A model generated the notes under the pieces. The model saw only the letters and a program-made list of their open reading frames with translations. It was not told where the DNA came from and ran no database searches. Shown here in pieces: positions 53,025 through 63,535 of a stretch of 64,000 bases of DNA; position 1 is the stretch's first letter; each line of letters starts with the position of its first letter. Origin of the DNA: an uncultured Chloroflexia bacterium (GTDB lineage: Bacteria > Chloroflexota > Limnocylindria > Limnocylindrales > CSP1-4); NCBI GenBank assembly GCA_963806175.1, contig CAWDXA010000011.1, forward strand, positions 1,170,782-1,234,781. Direction: 5' to 3'. A program made the translations under genes and the position numbers.

Positions 53025-54740
53025 GTGATGCGCCTCCTCCGTTTCCTGGCGCTCGCGGTTCCGGTCGCGCTCGGGATCCTGCTGTTGGGCCAGCCGACCG
53101 CATTCTCGTGGCTCGGCGACAGCGAGCGCTCCGTCGTCGCCGCGCTCGCGGCGGCCACGATCGGCGTGTACCTGACCGTTGGCGTGCTCGAGCTGCGGAC
53201 CAATTTGCGCCTGCGCCGGCTGGTCAAGGCGGCCGAGAGGATCGCCGCGGGTGACTACACGGTCGAAGTGTCGAAGTACGGGAGCACCCGTCTCGAGGCG
53301 CGCATGGCGAACGCCATCAACCGGATCTCGGCAGCGCTCGCGGACACCTACGACCGGGCGACGATCGATCGGCTGACCGGCGTCTTCAATCGGCAGGCCC
53401 TCCTGGCCGAGCTGTTCGCCGAAGTGGAGCGGGCGGCACGCTACGATCGGCCCCTGTCGGTGGCGTTCGTCGACATCGACCACTTCAAGGTCGTCAACGA
53501 CACCCACGGCCACGGCGCCGGCGACATCGTCCTCCGCGGCGTCGCCCAGGTCCTTGCCGCCAACCTGCGTGCCAGCGACCTGCTCGGTCGGTATGGCGGC
53601 GAGGAATTCATGCTGATCCTGACCGAGACCCCGGTCGAGGAAGGCGCCGTCCTGGCCGAGAAGCTTCGCTCGCTCGTCGAACGAGAACGGTTCGTCACCG
53701 ACGCGGGGCAGAGCCTGTCGGTCACGATCTCGATCGGGATCGTCGGCGGGTTCGGCGGGCAATTGCGAATGGAAGCCCTGGTCCGCGACGCGGACGCCGC
53801 GATGTACTCAGCCAAGTCGCTCGGACGGAACCAGATCTATGTCTTCGCCGAGCCAAACGACGACTCGCGCGTCCCCAGGGCGCCAATCTCGGCGATCGGG
53901 CGGGCCCGGGCCGTCGACATCGGGCGACGCGCGCGCGAGGCGGCGACCGCTGCCCTGCTCGACGTCGTCATTTCCCTTCCACAGTACCGGGGGCGCCCGT
54001 CCGCGGTCATCACGACCATCGTCGATTCGATGGCCCGTTCGCTCCAACTGCCCGACGCCGAGGTCGAACGGATCCGCATCGCGGCCCTGCTGCACGACAT
54101 CGGCAAGCTCGCGCTCCCCGAGGAGGTTCTGGACAAGCATTCGCCGCTCACGTCGGCGGAGTGGCGGAGCGTCGTCCAGCATCCCCGCATCGGCCAGGTC
54201 ATCCTCGAGCAGGCGGCCGCGCTCAAGGATGCCATCCCGATCATCCTGCACCATCACGAGCGGTTCGCCGGCCACGGCTACCCGTATGGGTTGCGGGCCA
54301 CCGACATCCCGCTGGGAGCGCGGATCGTGGCGATCGCCGACGCCTACGACGCCATGGTCAACGACCGGCCGTACAAGCCCGCACTGAGCCACCAGGCCGC
54401 CCTCGACGAGCTGCGCCTCCACTCCGGCACGCAGTTCGATCCCGAGCTCGTCACCCTGTTCTGCGAGCTGTTCGCGACGGCCCCGCCGGCACCCGATCCG
54501 GCGATGCTGGCGCGGGGCATGGCCGTGACCGAGACTGCCGATCGGCGGGTGAGGACGCACGCGGCGACGGCCGACGACCACCGGCGACGCGCGACACGAC
54601 GCGCCCAACCCGGTCCGCGGCCGATGGCACCCGCGGGGGACGGGACCATGGAGCCCGGACGCCGGCCAGCGGCCGAGCGCGCCGGCCTGAAGCGACCGGC
54701 CGACCCCGACAGCCGCGGTCGCGGTCGCGCCGCCGGCTGA
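53025..54740 (+). CDS. Membrane HAMP-GGDEF-HD-GYP hybrid protein
   Basis: Two TMs; HAMP; DRLTGVFN; RASD..RYGGEEF; LLHDIGK; HHERFAGHGYP; IADAYDAM. Confidence 0.93.
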   Translation: MMRLLRFLALAVPVALGILLLGQPTAFSWLGDSERSVVAALAAATIGVYLTVGVLELRTNLRLRRLVKAAERIAAGDYTVEVSKYGSTRLEARMANAINRISAALADTYDRATIDRLTGVFNRQALLAELFAEVERAARYDRPLSVAFVDIDHFKVVNDTHGHGAGDIVLRGVAQVLAANLRASDLLGRYGGEEFMLILTETPVEEGAVLAEKLRSLVERERFVTDAGQSLSVTISIGIVGGFGGQLRMEALVRDADAAMYSAKSLGRNQIYVFAEPNDDSRVPRAPISAIGRARAVDIGRRAREAATAALLDVVISLPQYRGRPSAVITTIVDSMARSLQLPDAEVERIRIAALLHDIGKLALPEEVLDKHSPLTSAEWRSVVQHPRIGQVILEQAAALKDAIPIILHHHERFAGHGYPYGLRATDIPLGARIVAIADAYDAMVNDRPYKPALSHQAALDELRLHSGTQFDPELVTLFCELFATAPPAPDPAMLARGMAVTETADRRVRTHAATADDHRRRATRRAQPGPRPMAPAGDGTMEPGRRPAAERAGLKRPADPDSRGRGRAAG

Positions 54741-54767
54741 CCGCAGCAGGCACAGCGGACCGGCCGG

Positions 54768-55109
54768 CTACCCGGCCGCGGCGCGCTCCACGGGCAGCAG
54801 GTAGAGCGCCATCACGAGCGGGGTCCGTGCCGCGAGGCTGTGCCGGCAGTTGGCGGGCATCCGCGCCCAGGTGCCCGGGCCAGCGGAGTAGGCTCCGTCA
54901 CCGACCGTGAGGTCGCCCTCGCCCGAGAGCACGTGGATGATCGCCGGGCGCGACGAGGTGTGCTCCGCCAGTGCCTCGCCGGGCGCGAAGGCGAACAGCA
55001 CGAGCTCGACCCCCTCGAGGTTCGAGAGCGTCTGGCTCAGGATGCCCCGCTGGGGGACGCTCGTCTCCGCCAGGAGGTCCGGGTAGACCGTGATCGCGTC
55101 GGTGTCCAT
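54768..55109 (-). CDS. Cupin domain protein
   Basis: ILSQTL; LFAFAPGEALAEHTS; MPANCRHSL. Confidence 0.88.
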   Translation of the reverse strand: MDTDAITVYPDLLAETSVPQRGILSQTLSNLEGVELVLFAFAPGEALAEHTSSRPAIIHVLSGEGDLTVGDGAYSAGPGTWARMPANCRHSLAARTPLVMALYLLPVERAAAG

Positions 55110-55169
55110 GACCGGACTGTAGCGGACTTCGCGGAGCAGGATTTCACGGATCGAGGCAGGATTCCGGGC

Positions 55170-55910
55170 ATGGCGGACCCACAGCGTCGCCGACGATCGG
55201 CCTGGGGGCCGATCCTCGCGGCCGGCCTGATCCTCGCCACCCTCGCCGTCGCTCCGCCAACGGTCGCGGCCGCCGGACCGCCGGCCTGGCACGGTGGCGT
55301 CGATCTCTACCGCGACGGCACCTACACGGTCCAGAAGAGCTGGCTGTGGTGCACCGCCGCCGGCCTCCAGATCGTCCGCAACATCGTCGACCAGGAAACC
55401 GACCACACGACCGGCGCCCAGCGACGCTACTTCGCCTGGATGCGCCAGCACAACCGGTACCACCTGCCGCTGTCGGCCGGCGTCGATCCGCAGGGCTGGG
55501 CGGCGGGGCTTCGCCACTTCGTGGACGGCCGGTACCGGCTGGTCGCGAGCACGACCTTCGACAACGCGCTGCGGTCGGCAGTCCGGCGACTGCGCCAGAC
55601 GAACCTGCCCGTGGCCCTCACCGTGTCGCACGGCAACCATGGCTGGATCCTGACCGGGTTCACCGCCACCGCCGACCCGCTGACCAGCCCATCGTTCCGC
55701 GTCACCAGCGTCCGGGTCGTCGGCCCGCTCTACGGCCTCCAGAGCCGCAACGGGTACGACATGCCACCCGACACCAGGTTGACACCGACCCAGCTCCGAC
55801 GCTTCTTCACGCCGTGGAAGTACGCACCCATGTCGATGGCCTGGGATGGCCGCTTTGTGTCCGTCCAACCTGTGCCGGTGGTCGTCACTGCCGCGTCCGC
55901 GCACCGGTAA
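55170..55910 (+). CDS. Secreted hypothetical protein, possibly a peptidase C39-like papain fold
   Basis: Signal peptide; Q-x5-C (QKSWLWCTAA) and later HGWILTGF. Confidence 0.6.
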   Translation: MADPQRRRRSAWGPILAAGLILATLAVAPPTVAAAGPPAWHGGVDLYRDGTYTVQKSWLWCTAAGLQIVRNIVDQETDHTTGAQRRYFAWMRQHNRYHLPLSAGVDPQGWAAGLRHFVDGRYRLVASTTFDNALRSAVRRLRQTNLPVALTVSHGNHGWILTGFTATADPLTSPSFRVTSVRVVGPLYGLQSRNGYDMPPDTRLTPTQLRRFFTPWKYAPMSMAWDGRFVSVQPVPVVVTAASAHR

Positions 55911-56030
55911 TCCGCTGGTGAGCGGCCGATACGTGGCCGTGCAGCGGCCGGCGCTAGGGTGCTCGCATCACCCCGCCGGAACGCAGGGTCGGGACCGGCG
56001 CAGCCGACCGACCGGGAAGGAGATCGGACC

Positions 56031-56520
56031 GTGAACAGGGTCCTCCTCACGGGGCGCCTCACGCGCGACCCGGAGATGCGCGGGCTGGCCAGTGGCAAGA
56101 ACGTCACGACCTTCACCGTGGCCAGCAACGAGTTCATCGGCGGCGGCAAGGAGAAGGCGGAATACCACTCGATCGTCACCTGGGATCGACTCGCGGAGAT
56201 CGCGGGCCGGTACCTCGGCAAGGGCCAGCAGGTCGCCATCGAAGGCCGGCTGCAGACGCGATCGTGGGACGACGAGCGCGGCGCGCGGCACTGGAAGACG
56301 GAGATCGTCGCCTCGCACGTCGAGATGCTGTCCGGGCGGCGGAAGAAGGACTACGAGGCGCAGCAGGCCGCGGACTCGCTGGCATCCCAGGCGACAGCGC
56401 TGGGTGAGGCGTCGGCCGTGGATCCGATCGCCGAAGGTGCCTTCGATTCCGGGCGAGGCCGACGGTGAGTCGGACGACGCGTCGGACGGCACCACCGAGG
56501 AGGCCGCCGAAGCCGCCTGA
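56031..56520 (+). CDS. ssb: Single-stranded DNA-binding protein (probable frameshift near 56450)
   Basis: MNRVLLTGRLTRDPEMR; YLGKGQQVAIEGRLQTRSW; acidic tail continues in the next frame to TGA at 56520. Confidence 0.92.
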
Positions 56521-56575
56521 CCCAGCCACTTCCTCCGGCGGCGGCGCGGCCCCCCTCCCGCGCCGTCGCCGTCCC

Positions 56576-57481
56576 CTAACGCGAGCCCGAGGCTCCGTAC
56601 AGCTGGCGGCGTGACAACCCGGTGGCCGCCGCCACGCGCCGGGCGGCCTCGCTGCGACCGATTCCGCCGGCGACCAGGCGCTCGACCTCCGCGCGAGCGT
56701 CGCGGAACGCGTCGGCGATCACCTCGGCGGATGCCGGTGGCCGCGCGCCGGCCCACTCGCCGATCACGAGCGTGAACTCGCCACGCGCCGGGATCCGCCC
56801 GTCACCTGCCGCGGCGGCCAGCTCGCCGAGCGGCCCGCGATCGATCGTCTCGTGGAGCTTGGTGAGCTCGCGGCAGACCGCCCCGGGCCGGTCGGAGCCG
56901 CAGGCGGCCGCCAGATCTGCGAGCGTCGCGGCCACGCGGCCGGGTGCCTCGTACAGCACAGTGGCGCGGTCGTCGGCTGCGGCACGAGCCACGCGCTCGC
57001 CGCGCTCGCGCCCACTTCGCGGCAGGAATCCTTCGAACGACCAGCGCGGGCCGGCCACGCCGGATGCGGCCACAGCCGCCAGCACGGCGGACGCGCCCGG
57101 GATCGGGACGACGTCGCCGCCCTCGGCCGCCCAGGCGGCCACGAGCTCGCCGCCCGGGTCGCTGACGCCGGGCGTGCCGGCGTCGGTGACGAGCGCGAGA
57201 TCCTGCCCGCCGCGGAGGTGCTCGAGCAGCGCGGCGGCCCGGCCCGGCCCGCTCCGGGCGTGGTAGCTGGTCGTGCGCGTGGCGATCGCGTGGCGCCCGA
57301 GGAGGCGCTGCGTGTGCCGGGTGTCCTCGGCGGCGATCAGTGCGACCGACCGGAGGACCTCGAGCGCCCGAAGCGTGACGTCCTCGAGATTCCCGATCGG
57401 TGTGGCAACCACGTACAGGGTTCCGGCGCGATCGCCGCGATCCCCGGCATCGGCCGGCCCGCGCGCGGCGGCCCCGCTCAC
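56576..57481 (-). CDS. rsmI: 16S rRNA C1402 2'-O-methyltransferase
   Basis: LYVVATPIGNLED; AEDTR; DAGTPGVSDPG; YEAP; RELTKLHE. Confidence 0.96.
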   Translation of the reverse strand: MSGAAARGPADAGDRGDRAGTLYVVATPIGNLEDVTLRALEVLRSVALIAAEDTRHTQRLLGRHAIATRTTSYHARSGPGRAAALLEHLRGGQDLALVTDAGTPGVSDPGGELVAAWAAEGGDVVPIPGASAVLAAVAASGVAGPRWSFEGFLPRSGRERGERVARAAADDRATVLYEAPGRVAATLADLAAACGSDRPGAVCRELTKLHETIDRGPLGELAAAAGDGRIPARGEFTLVIGEWAGARPPASAEVIADAFRDARAEVERLVAGGIGRSEAARRVAAATGLSRRQLYGASGSR

Positions 57482-58365
57482 GCGCGTGCCGAGCCCGGTC
57501 GCCGGCGCGGGTAGAGGTAGTCGACCCCGGCCGTCCGGGGCCCGAGCTTGGCGATGGGCGGAACCTGCCGCTTGAACTCCGCTCCGGCGACCATCCGGTC
57601 GACTCGCTCGATCATCGCCCGATCGAACCCGAGTGCCAGCATCTCCTCGTCCGAGCGGCGCTTGTCGATGCGCCAGAACAGCAGGCGATCGAGGGTCGGA
57701 TAGTCGAATCCGCCCTCCCCTTCGTCGGTCTGGCCCGGCCACAGGTCCGCCGTCGGTGCCTTGCGGACGATCGTGTCGGGCACGCCGACGGCCACGGCCA
57801 GCTGGCGGACCTGGCTCTTGTACAGGTCGCCGATCGGGTTGAAGGCGCAGGCCGAGTCGCCGAACAACGTCGTGTAGCCGATCAGCGACTCCGTCTTGTT
57901 GCCCGTGCCCACGACAAGACCGCCGCGGACGACGGACCGGTCGTACAGGACGGCCATCCGCATCCGGGCGGCGAAGTTGCCACGGCGCAGGGCGCTCGCC
58001 GGCTCGGCCTCGCCCGGGCGGGCACCGGCCGACTGCGCGGTCCCGAAGTACCCGTCGACCATCGCCGTGATCTCGATCAGCTCGCTCGAGCAGCCCAGGG
58101 CCGCCACGACGGTCTCCGCGTCGGCCCTCGACGCCGGCGACGACGCCCGGTACGGCATGAGGACGGCGTGCAGCCGGTCCGCACCGATGGCCTCCGCCAC
58201 GAGGTACGCGACAAGCGCCGAGTCGATCCCGCCGGACAGTCCCAGGACCGTCTGCTCGAAGCCGGCCTGGCGGAGCTGGCCGCGGATGAACTCGGCGATG
58301 ACACGGCGCGCCACGTCCGTGTCGATCGCCAGCTCTGCCGGCAGCTCGAACGGCGCCTCGGTCAC
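57478..58365 (-). CDS. nadE: NAD+ synthetase (synthetase domain only)
   Basis: GLSGGIDS; GNFAARMRM; GTGNKTE; PIGDLYK; KAPTADLW. Confidence 0.95.
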   Translation of the reverse strand: MTEAPFELPAELAIDTDVARRVIAEFIRGQLRQAGFEQTVLGLSGGIDSALVAYLVAEAIGADRLHAVLMPYRASSPASRADAETVVAALGCSSELIEITAMVDGYFGTAQSAGARPGEAEPASALRRGNFAARMRMAVLYDRSVVRGGLVVGTGNKTESLIGYTTLFGDSACAFNPIGDLYKSQVRQLAVAVGVPDTIVRKAPTADLWPGQTDEGEGGFDYPTLDRLLFWRIDKRRSDEEMLALGFDRAMIERVDRMVAGAEFKRQVPPIAKLGPRTAGVDYLYPRRRPGSARA

Positions 58366-59387
58366 CGCGTCTCCTCGCCGCGAACGGGGACCGGCAGCGG
58401 CGACGGTCGGCCACTCCGGCTGGCCGGCTGCTCGGCCTCGTGCCCGGCCCGGGCGGCCGGGCGCCCCGGTCCCGCCAGGTCGAAGCCAGGCTCGGCATCG
58501 GGCTCGGCAGTCGAGTCGCCGGACATCCCCGACCGCTCGGCGATGATCCTCGACAGCTCGCGCACGTTGAGCTCGGGACGCTCGTCGCGCAGCAACGGCA
58601 GGGCGATCCGCTCGCGACGGACGTCCTGGAGGTGCACGTCGACCATGAACAGTCCCTCGTCGTAGAGCGGGGCGCTGAACAGCGCCTGGCCGGACGGGGC
58701 GATCACCTCGGAACCACCCCAGAACGAGATCGACTCGTCGATGCCCACCCGGTTGCAGAAGACGACGAAGGACGTCGTCAGCTGCGCGTACGTGCGCATC
58801 AGCGTCCGCCACGATGTCGCCGTTCCGAGCCCGACCTCGTTGGTGGCGGCCAGGTCGCGGCCCGGCGACGACGAGACGTTGATCAGGATCTGCGCGCCGT
58901 CGAGCGCCAGGAGCTGCGGCAGCGACAGGTGCCAGAAGTCCTCGCAGATGCCGATCCCGATCCCGGCGCCGAGCCGCGAGGGAACCGCGCGCAGGCCGTC
59001 GCCCGGGGCGAAGAAGCGTCGTTCGTCGAACAACCCGTAGGTCGGCAGGAAGAGCTTGCGATGGACGTGCCGCAGCTCGCCGTCCTCGAACAGGCCGGCC
59101 GCGATGAACAGGCGGTGATCCGCCGACTCCTCGACGAACGAGACGACCGCCGACAGGCCGCGGGTCCATGCGGCCAGCTCCGCGAGCCGCGGGTCGTCGA
59201 GGCGCATCGCGACCTCCGACGCGAGGTCCTGGAGCTGGTAGCCGGTCAGCCCGAGCTCCGGGAAGACCACGAGGCCGGCGCCACGCTCCCGCGCCTCGGC
59301 CAGCAGCGTCCGGTGTCGCTCGAGGTTGGCGTCGAGGGCACCGAGCTGCGGCGCGATCTGGGCGAGGGCGATTCGCAGCGGTGTCAC
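58362..59387 (-). CDS. Nitrilase-fold amidohydrolase (likely glutaminase partner of NadE)
   Basis: FPELGLTGY; RKLFLPTYGLFDE.RFF; ICEDFW (Glu-Lys-Cys triad); GTGA overlap with nadE. Start is GTG 59387 or ATG 59399. Confidence 0.9.
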   Translation of the reverse strand: MTPLRIALAQIAPQLGALDANLERHRTLLAEARERGAGLVVFPELGLTGYQLQDLASEVAMRLDDPRLAELAAWTRGLSAVVSFVEESADHRLFIAAGLFEDGELRHVHRKLFLPTYGLFDERRFFAPGDGLRAVPSRLGAGIGIGICEDFWHLSLPQLLALDGAQILINVSSSPGRDLAATNEVGLGTATSWRTLMRTYAQLTTSFVVFCNRVGIDESISFWGGSEVIAPSGQALFSAPLYDEGLFMVDVHLQDVRRERIALPLLRDERPELNVRELSRIIAERSGMSGDSTAEPDAEPGFDLAGPGRPAARAGHEAEQPASRSGRPSPLPVPVRGEETR

Positions 59388-59561
59388 GCGCTGGAGCATA
59401 CGCGAAGGGCCTCGTCGCGGGCTGGCGATCGGGTTCTGCGGGTGCTAGGCTTCCGGGCACCCGCGCCGCCTTTGGTGCGCGTGGGCGCGCTCCGCCCCCG
59501 AAGGCCCGGACTGGGAGGCATGACGGACCGGGCGAGGGGCTCAAGTGGAGGAGTTGGGAGT

Positions 59562-61345
59562 ATGACCCGATCACCCAAGTGGTCGCCACGCATCGCGGTG
59601 CTCGCCACGACGGCTGCGCTCGTCTTCGCAGCCTGTGGCAGCAGCACCGCGTCGACGGCGCCCAGCGCCGCGCCGGCCAGCGAGGCACCGGCCAGCCAGG
59701 CACCGGCTTCGGCTCCGGCCGAGGCGTTCACCCCGATGGTCTACCCGGAGACCGGCGAGGCCCCGTGCGGCCAGGCCGCGGCCCCGGACGCCACGCACGC
59801 CGCGTACACCGGCAACTTCAAGAAGATCACGGCCGTCGACGCCAAGACCGTCGTCTTCGACCTGTGCAATCCCGATGTTGCCTTCCTGTCCAAGATCGCC
59901 TTCAGCTCGTTCGCGATCAACGACACGGCCTGGCTGCAGGCCAAGATCGATCCCACCAAGCCCGACAACCAGGCGATCGTCTCCGAGGTCAACGGAACCG
60001 GTCCGTACAAGCTGGATTCGTGGAACCGCGGCTCGGACATCACCATGGTCCGGAATGACAACTACTGGGGCACCAAGGCCCTGACCCAGAAGCTGATCTT
60101 CCGCTGGAGCTCGGAAGCGGCCCAGCGCCTGGTCGAGCTCCTGTCGCCGACCGTCGACGGCATCGACAACGTCGGTCCGACCGACTTCGACACCGTCAAG
60201 AACAACCCGGACCTCCAGCTCAAGGAGCGCGAGGGCCTCAACACCTTCTACATCGGCTTCAACAACACCTACGCACCGTTCGACAACGAGAAGGTCCGCC
60301 AGGCGATCGCGATGGGCATCGACCGGCAGCGGATCGTCGACAACTTCTACCCGCCAGGATCGTCCGTCGCGACCCACTTCACGCCGTGCGCCATCCCGAA
60401 CGGCTGCGCCGGTGAGGACTGGTACGCGTACGACCCGGCCAAGGCCAAGCAGATGCTCGCCGACGCCGGCTTCCCGAACGGCTTCGACACCGTGATCAAC
60501 TATCGCGACGTCGTCCGCGGCTACCTGCCCGACCCGAAGGTCGTGGCGACCGACATCCAGGCGCAGCTCAAGGCCAACCTGGGTATCAACGCCAAGATCG
60601 AGGTCCAGGAGTCAGGCACCTTCCTCGACAACGCCGCCGCCGGCAAGCTGACCGGCATCCACCTCCTCGGCTGGGGCGTGGACTATCCGGACATCACCGA
60701 CTTCCTCGACTACCACTTCGGGGCCGGCGCCTCGAAGCAGTTCGGGAACAAGTTCGACGACATCACCTCGGCCCTCACGACCGGCGGCCAGGGCGCCAAC
60801 GACGACGCGCGCAAGCCGGCCTACGAGGCGGCCAACAACGCGATCAAGCAGCACGTCCCGATGATCCCGGTCGCGCACGGCGGTTCCGCCGTCGCCTATC
60901 GGGCAGACGTCCAGAACGCGCATGCGTCGCCGCTGACGAGCGAGTATTTCGCCGTCATGCAGCCCGCCGACCGGACCCAGTTCGTGTTCATGCAGAACGC
61001 CGAGCCGCCCGGCCTCTACTGCGCCGACGAGACCGACGGTGAGTCGCTCCGCGTCTGCGAGCAGATGACCGAGTCGCTGTACGGCTACGAGGTCGGCGGC
61101 AGCAAGGCCGTCCCGGCCCTCGCCACCGAGTGCAAGCCGAATGCCGAGCTGACCCAGTGGACCTGCACGCTGCGCGACGGCGTGACGTTCCACGACGGCT
61201 CGACGCTCGACGCCAACGACGTGGTCCTGTCCTACGCGGTCCAGTGGGATGCGGACAATCCGCTCCACAAGGGCCGGACGGGCGACTTCACGTACTTCCC
61301 GGCCTGTTCGGTGGGTTCCTCAACCCGCCGGTCCCGACCCAGTAA
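59562..61345 (+). CDS. Dipeptide/oligopeptide (family 5) ABC substrate-binding lipoprotein, apparently circularly permuted; frameshift near 61305
   Basis: Lipobox FAAC; NGTGPYKL; VRQAIAMGIDR; YDPAKAKQML; C-terminal PALA...TLRDGVTFHDG...DV. Confidence 0.9.
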
Positions 61346-61365
61346 GTCCCACCCGATCTCGACTG

Positions 61366-61400
61366 GCCGAAGGGCGCCGCCACCGGCGGCGCCCTTCGGC
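61366..61400 (+). terminator. Stem-loop after the peptide SBP gene
   Basis: gccgaagggcgccgcc-acc-ggcggcgcccttcggc perfect inverted repeat. Confidence 0.75.
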
Positions 61401-61452
61401 TAACCCCTCCACGGACGGCCGTCCACCTCCGATCACGGAAGGCCATGAACGG

Positions 61453-62531
61453 ATGACCCGGTTCATCGTCCGCCGCGTGCTCTCCAGCATCCCGGTCGCT
61501 GATCGGGATCGTCGTGCTCGTGTTCATCCTCGTCCGGGTCATCCCGGGCGAGCCCTGCACGGCGCGTACGGCGAGAAGGCCACCCCGGTCATCTGTGCCG
61601 CGTTCACCGCACGCTACGGGCTGGACAAGCCGCTGCCCGAGCAGTTCGTGATCTATGCCGGATCGCTCGTCCAGGGCGACTTCGGCAACTCGATCCGGTA
61701 CGGCCGGCCGGTCACGGACATCCTGCTCGAGCGCCTGCCGGTGACCGTCGAGCTGACCGTCGCTGGCCCTGCTCTTCGCCACGGTCGTCGGGATCATCCT
61801 CGGCCTCATCTCCGCGACCCGTCGCAACTCGCCGGTCGACGCGGGCACGATGGTCATCGCCAACCTCGGCGTGTCGACCCCCGTGTTCGTCCTCGGCCTG
61901 CTTCTGGCGTTCGTCTTCGCCGTCCTGCTCAAGAACACCCCGTTCGCGCTGCCACCGTCCGGCCGGCTGACGCCCGGCCTCGAGGTCGTGCCGCTGGCGC
62001 ACGGTCTGGGGCCTGACCGGCCTGTCCGGACCGCCGCGCGCCATCCTCGACTTCGTCTCGAACATGTACGTCGTCAACGGGCTGCTGACGCTCAACTTCA
62101 GCCTGTTCGTCGACGCGCTCCGCCATCTCCTCCTGCCCGCGATCGCGGTCGGGACGATCCCGCTGGCGATCGTCGCCCGGATGACCCGCTCCAGCCTGCT
62201 CGAGGTGCTCGGGCTCGACTACGTCCGAACGGCGCGAGCCAAGGGGCTCAAGGAGCGATCCGTCGTGGTCCGACACGGGATGCGGAACGCGCTCCTGCCC
62301 GTCGTGACGGTGATCGGGCTGTCGCTCGGCGGCTTCCTGTCCGGTGCCGTCCTGACCGAGACGATCTTCAACCTGACCGGCATGGGCAAGACCCTGTTCG
62401 AGTCGATCCAGAGCCGTGACTACATCGTCATCCAGGGCGTCACGGTGGTGGTCGCCTTCATCTACCTGGTGGTCAACCTGATCGTGGACGTGTCGTACGC
62501 GTTCCTCGATCCACGGATCCGGCTGTCATGA
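61453..62531 (+). CDS. Peptide ABC transporter permease DppB/OppB (several frameshifts)
   Basis: MTRFIVRR; GLDKPL; GDFGNS; DYVRTARAKGL; ETIF; LDPRIR. Confidence 0.9.
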
Positions 62532-63489
62532 CGCCTCAACCCAGGCAGCGCGGAGGCTCTCGCGGGAGGACCGCCCGACGCGATGGCCGTGCAGCGCCCG
62601 GCGTCGCTCACCCGCGACACGCATCCGGAACATCGTCCGCCAGCGCTCGGCCGCTGATCGGCCTGACGATCCTGATCGCCCTGTTCCTGATCGCGATCTT
62701 CGCCCCGCTGATCGCCCCGTTCAACCCGGACACGCTCGATGCTCGACCTTGGCGAGGCGGGCAAGCGCGGCGCGCGCCCCGTGCGTCCACCTGCTCGGCT
62801 GCGCGGCCAACCTGCCGCAGCACCTGATGGGGCTCGACTCGAACCTGCGCGACGAGTTCAGCCGGGTCATCTTCGGCGCGCGGGTATCGCTGCCGATGGG
62901 CTTCCTGACGGTCGGCTTCGCCATCATCATCGGCACCATCATCGGGGCCGTCGCCGGGTTCGCCGGCGGCTGGCTCGACAACGTCCTGATGCGGATCATG
63001 GACATCGTCCTGTCGTTCCCGAGCCTGATCCTCGCGATCGCCATCGTCACGGTCCTCGGCGCCGGGCTGTTCAACGCCCTGCTGGCGATCGGGATCGTGT
63101 CGATCCCGGTCTACGCGCGGGTCATGCGCGCCTCGGTGCTGTCGGTCCGGGAGGCCGACTTCGTGACCGCCTCGCGCGCCCTGGGCGAATCGTCGGGCGG
63201 CCTGCTGGCGCGGCGCGTCCTGCCCAACGCACTCACCCCGCTGATCGTCCAGGGCACGCTCGGGATCGGCGGTGCGATCCTCGAGGTCGCGGCGCTGTCG
63301 TTCGTCGGTCTCGGCAACCAGCCGCCGACGGCCGAGTGGGGATCGATGATCGCCGGCGACCGCAACCTCTTCTTCTCGGCACCGCACCTGATCTTCTTCC
63401 CGGGCTTCGCGATCACCCTGTCGGTGCTCGGGTTCAACCTGCTCGGCGACGGCATCCGCGACGCCCTGGATCCGAGGCTCAATCGATGA
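62528..63489 (+). CDS. Peptide ABC transporter permease DppC/OppC (frameshifts in the 5' part)
   Basis: GARVSL; LMRIMD; LSFVGLG; EWG; [15 protein letters not shown]. Confidence 0.9.
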
Positions 63490-63535
63490 GCGCGCCGCGA
63501 TGACGGCCCCGCCGCGTGCGCGAGGCGAGACACGC

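Noticed and set aside
59444-59561. Hairpin-rich leader upstream of the peptide SBP (TGcTAGGCT then GC stems)
   Set aside because: No terminator or recognisable aptamer; indistinguishable by eye from GC-rich background.
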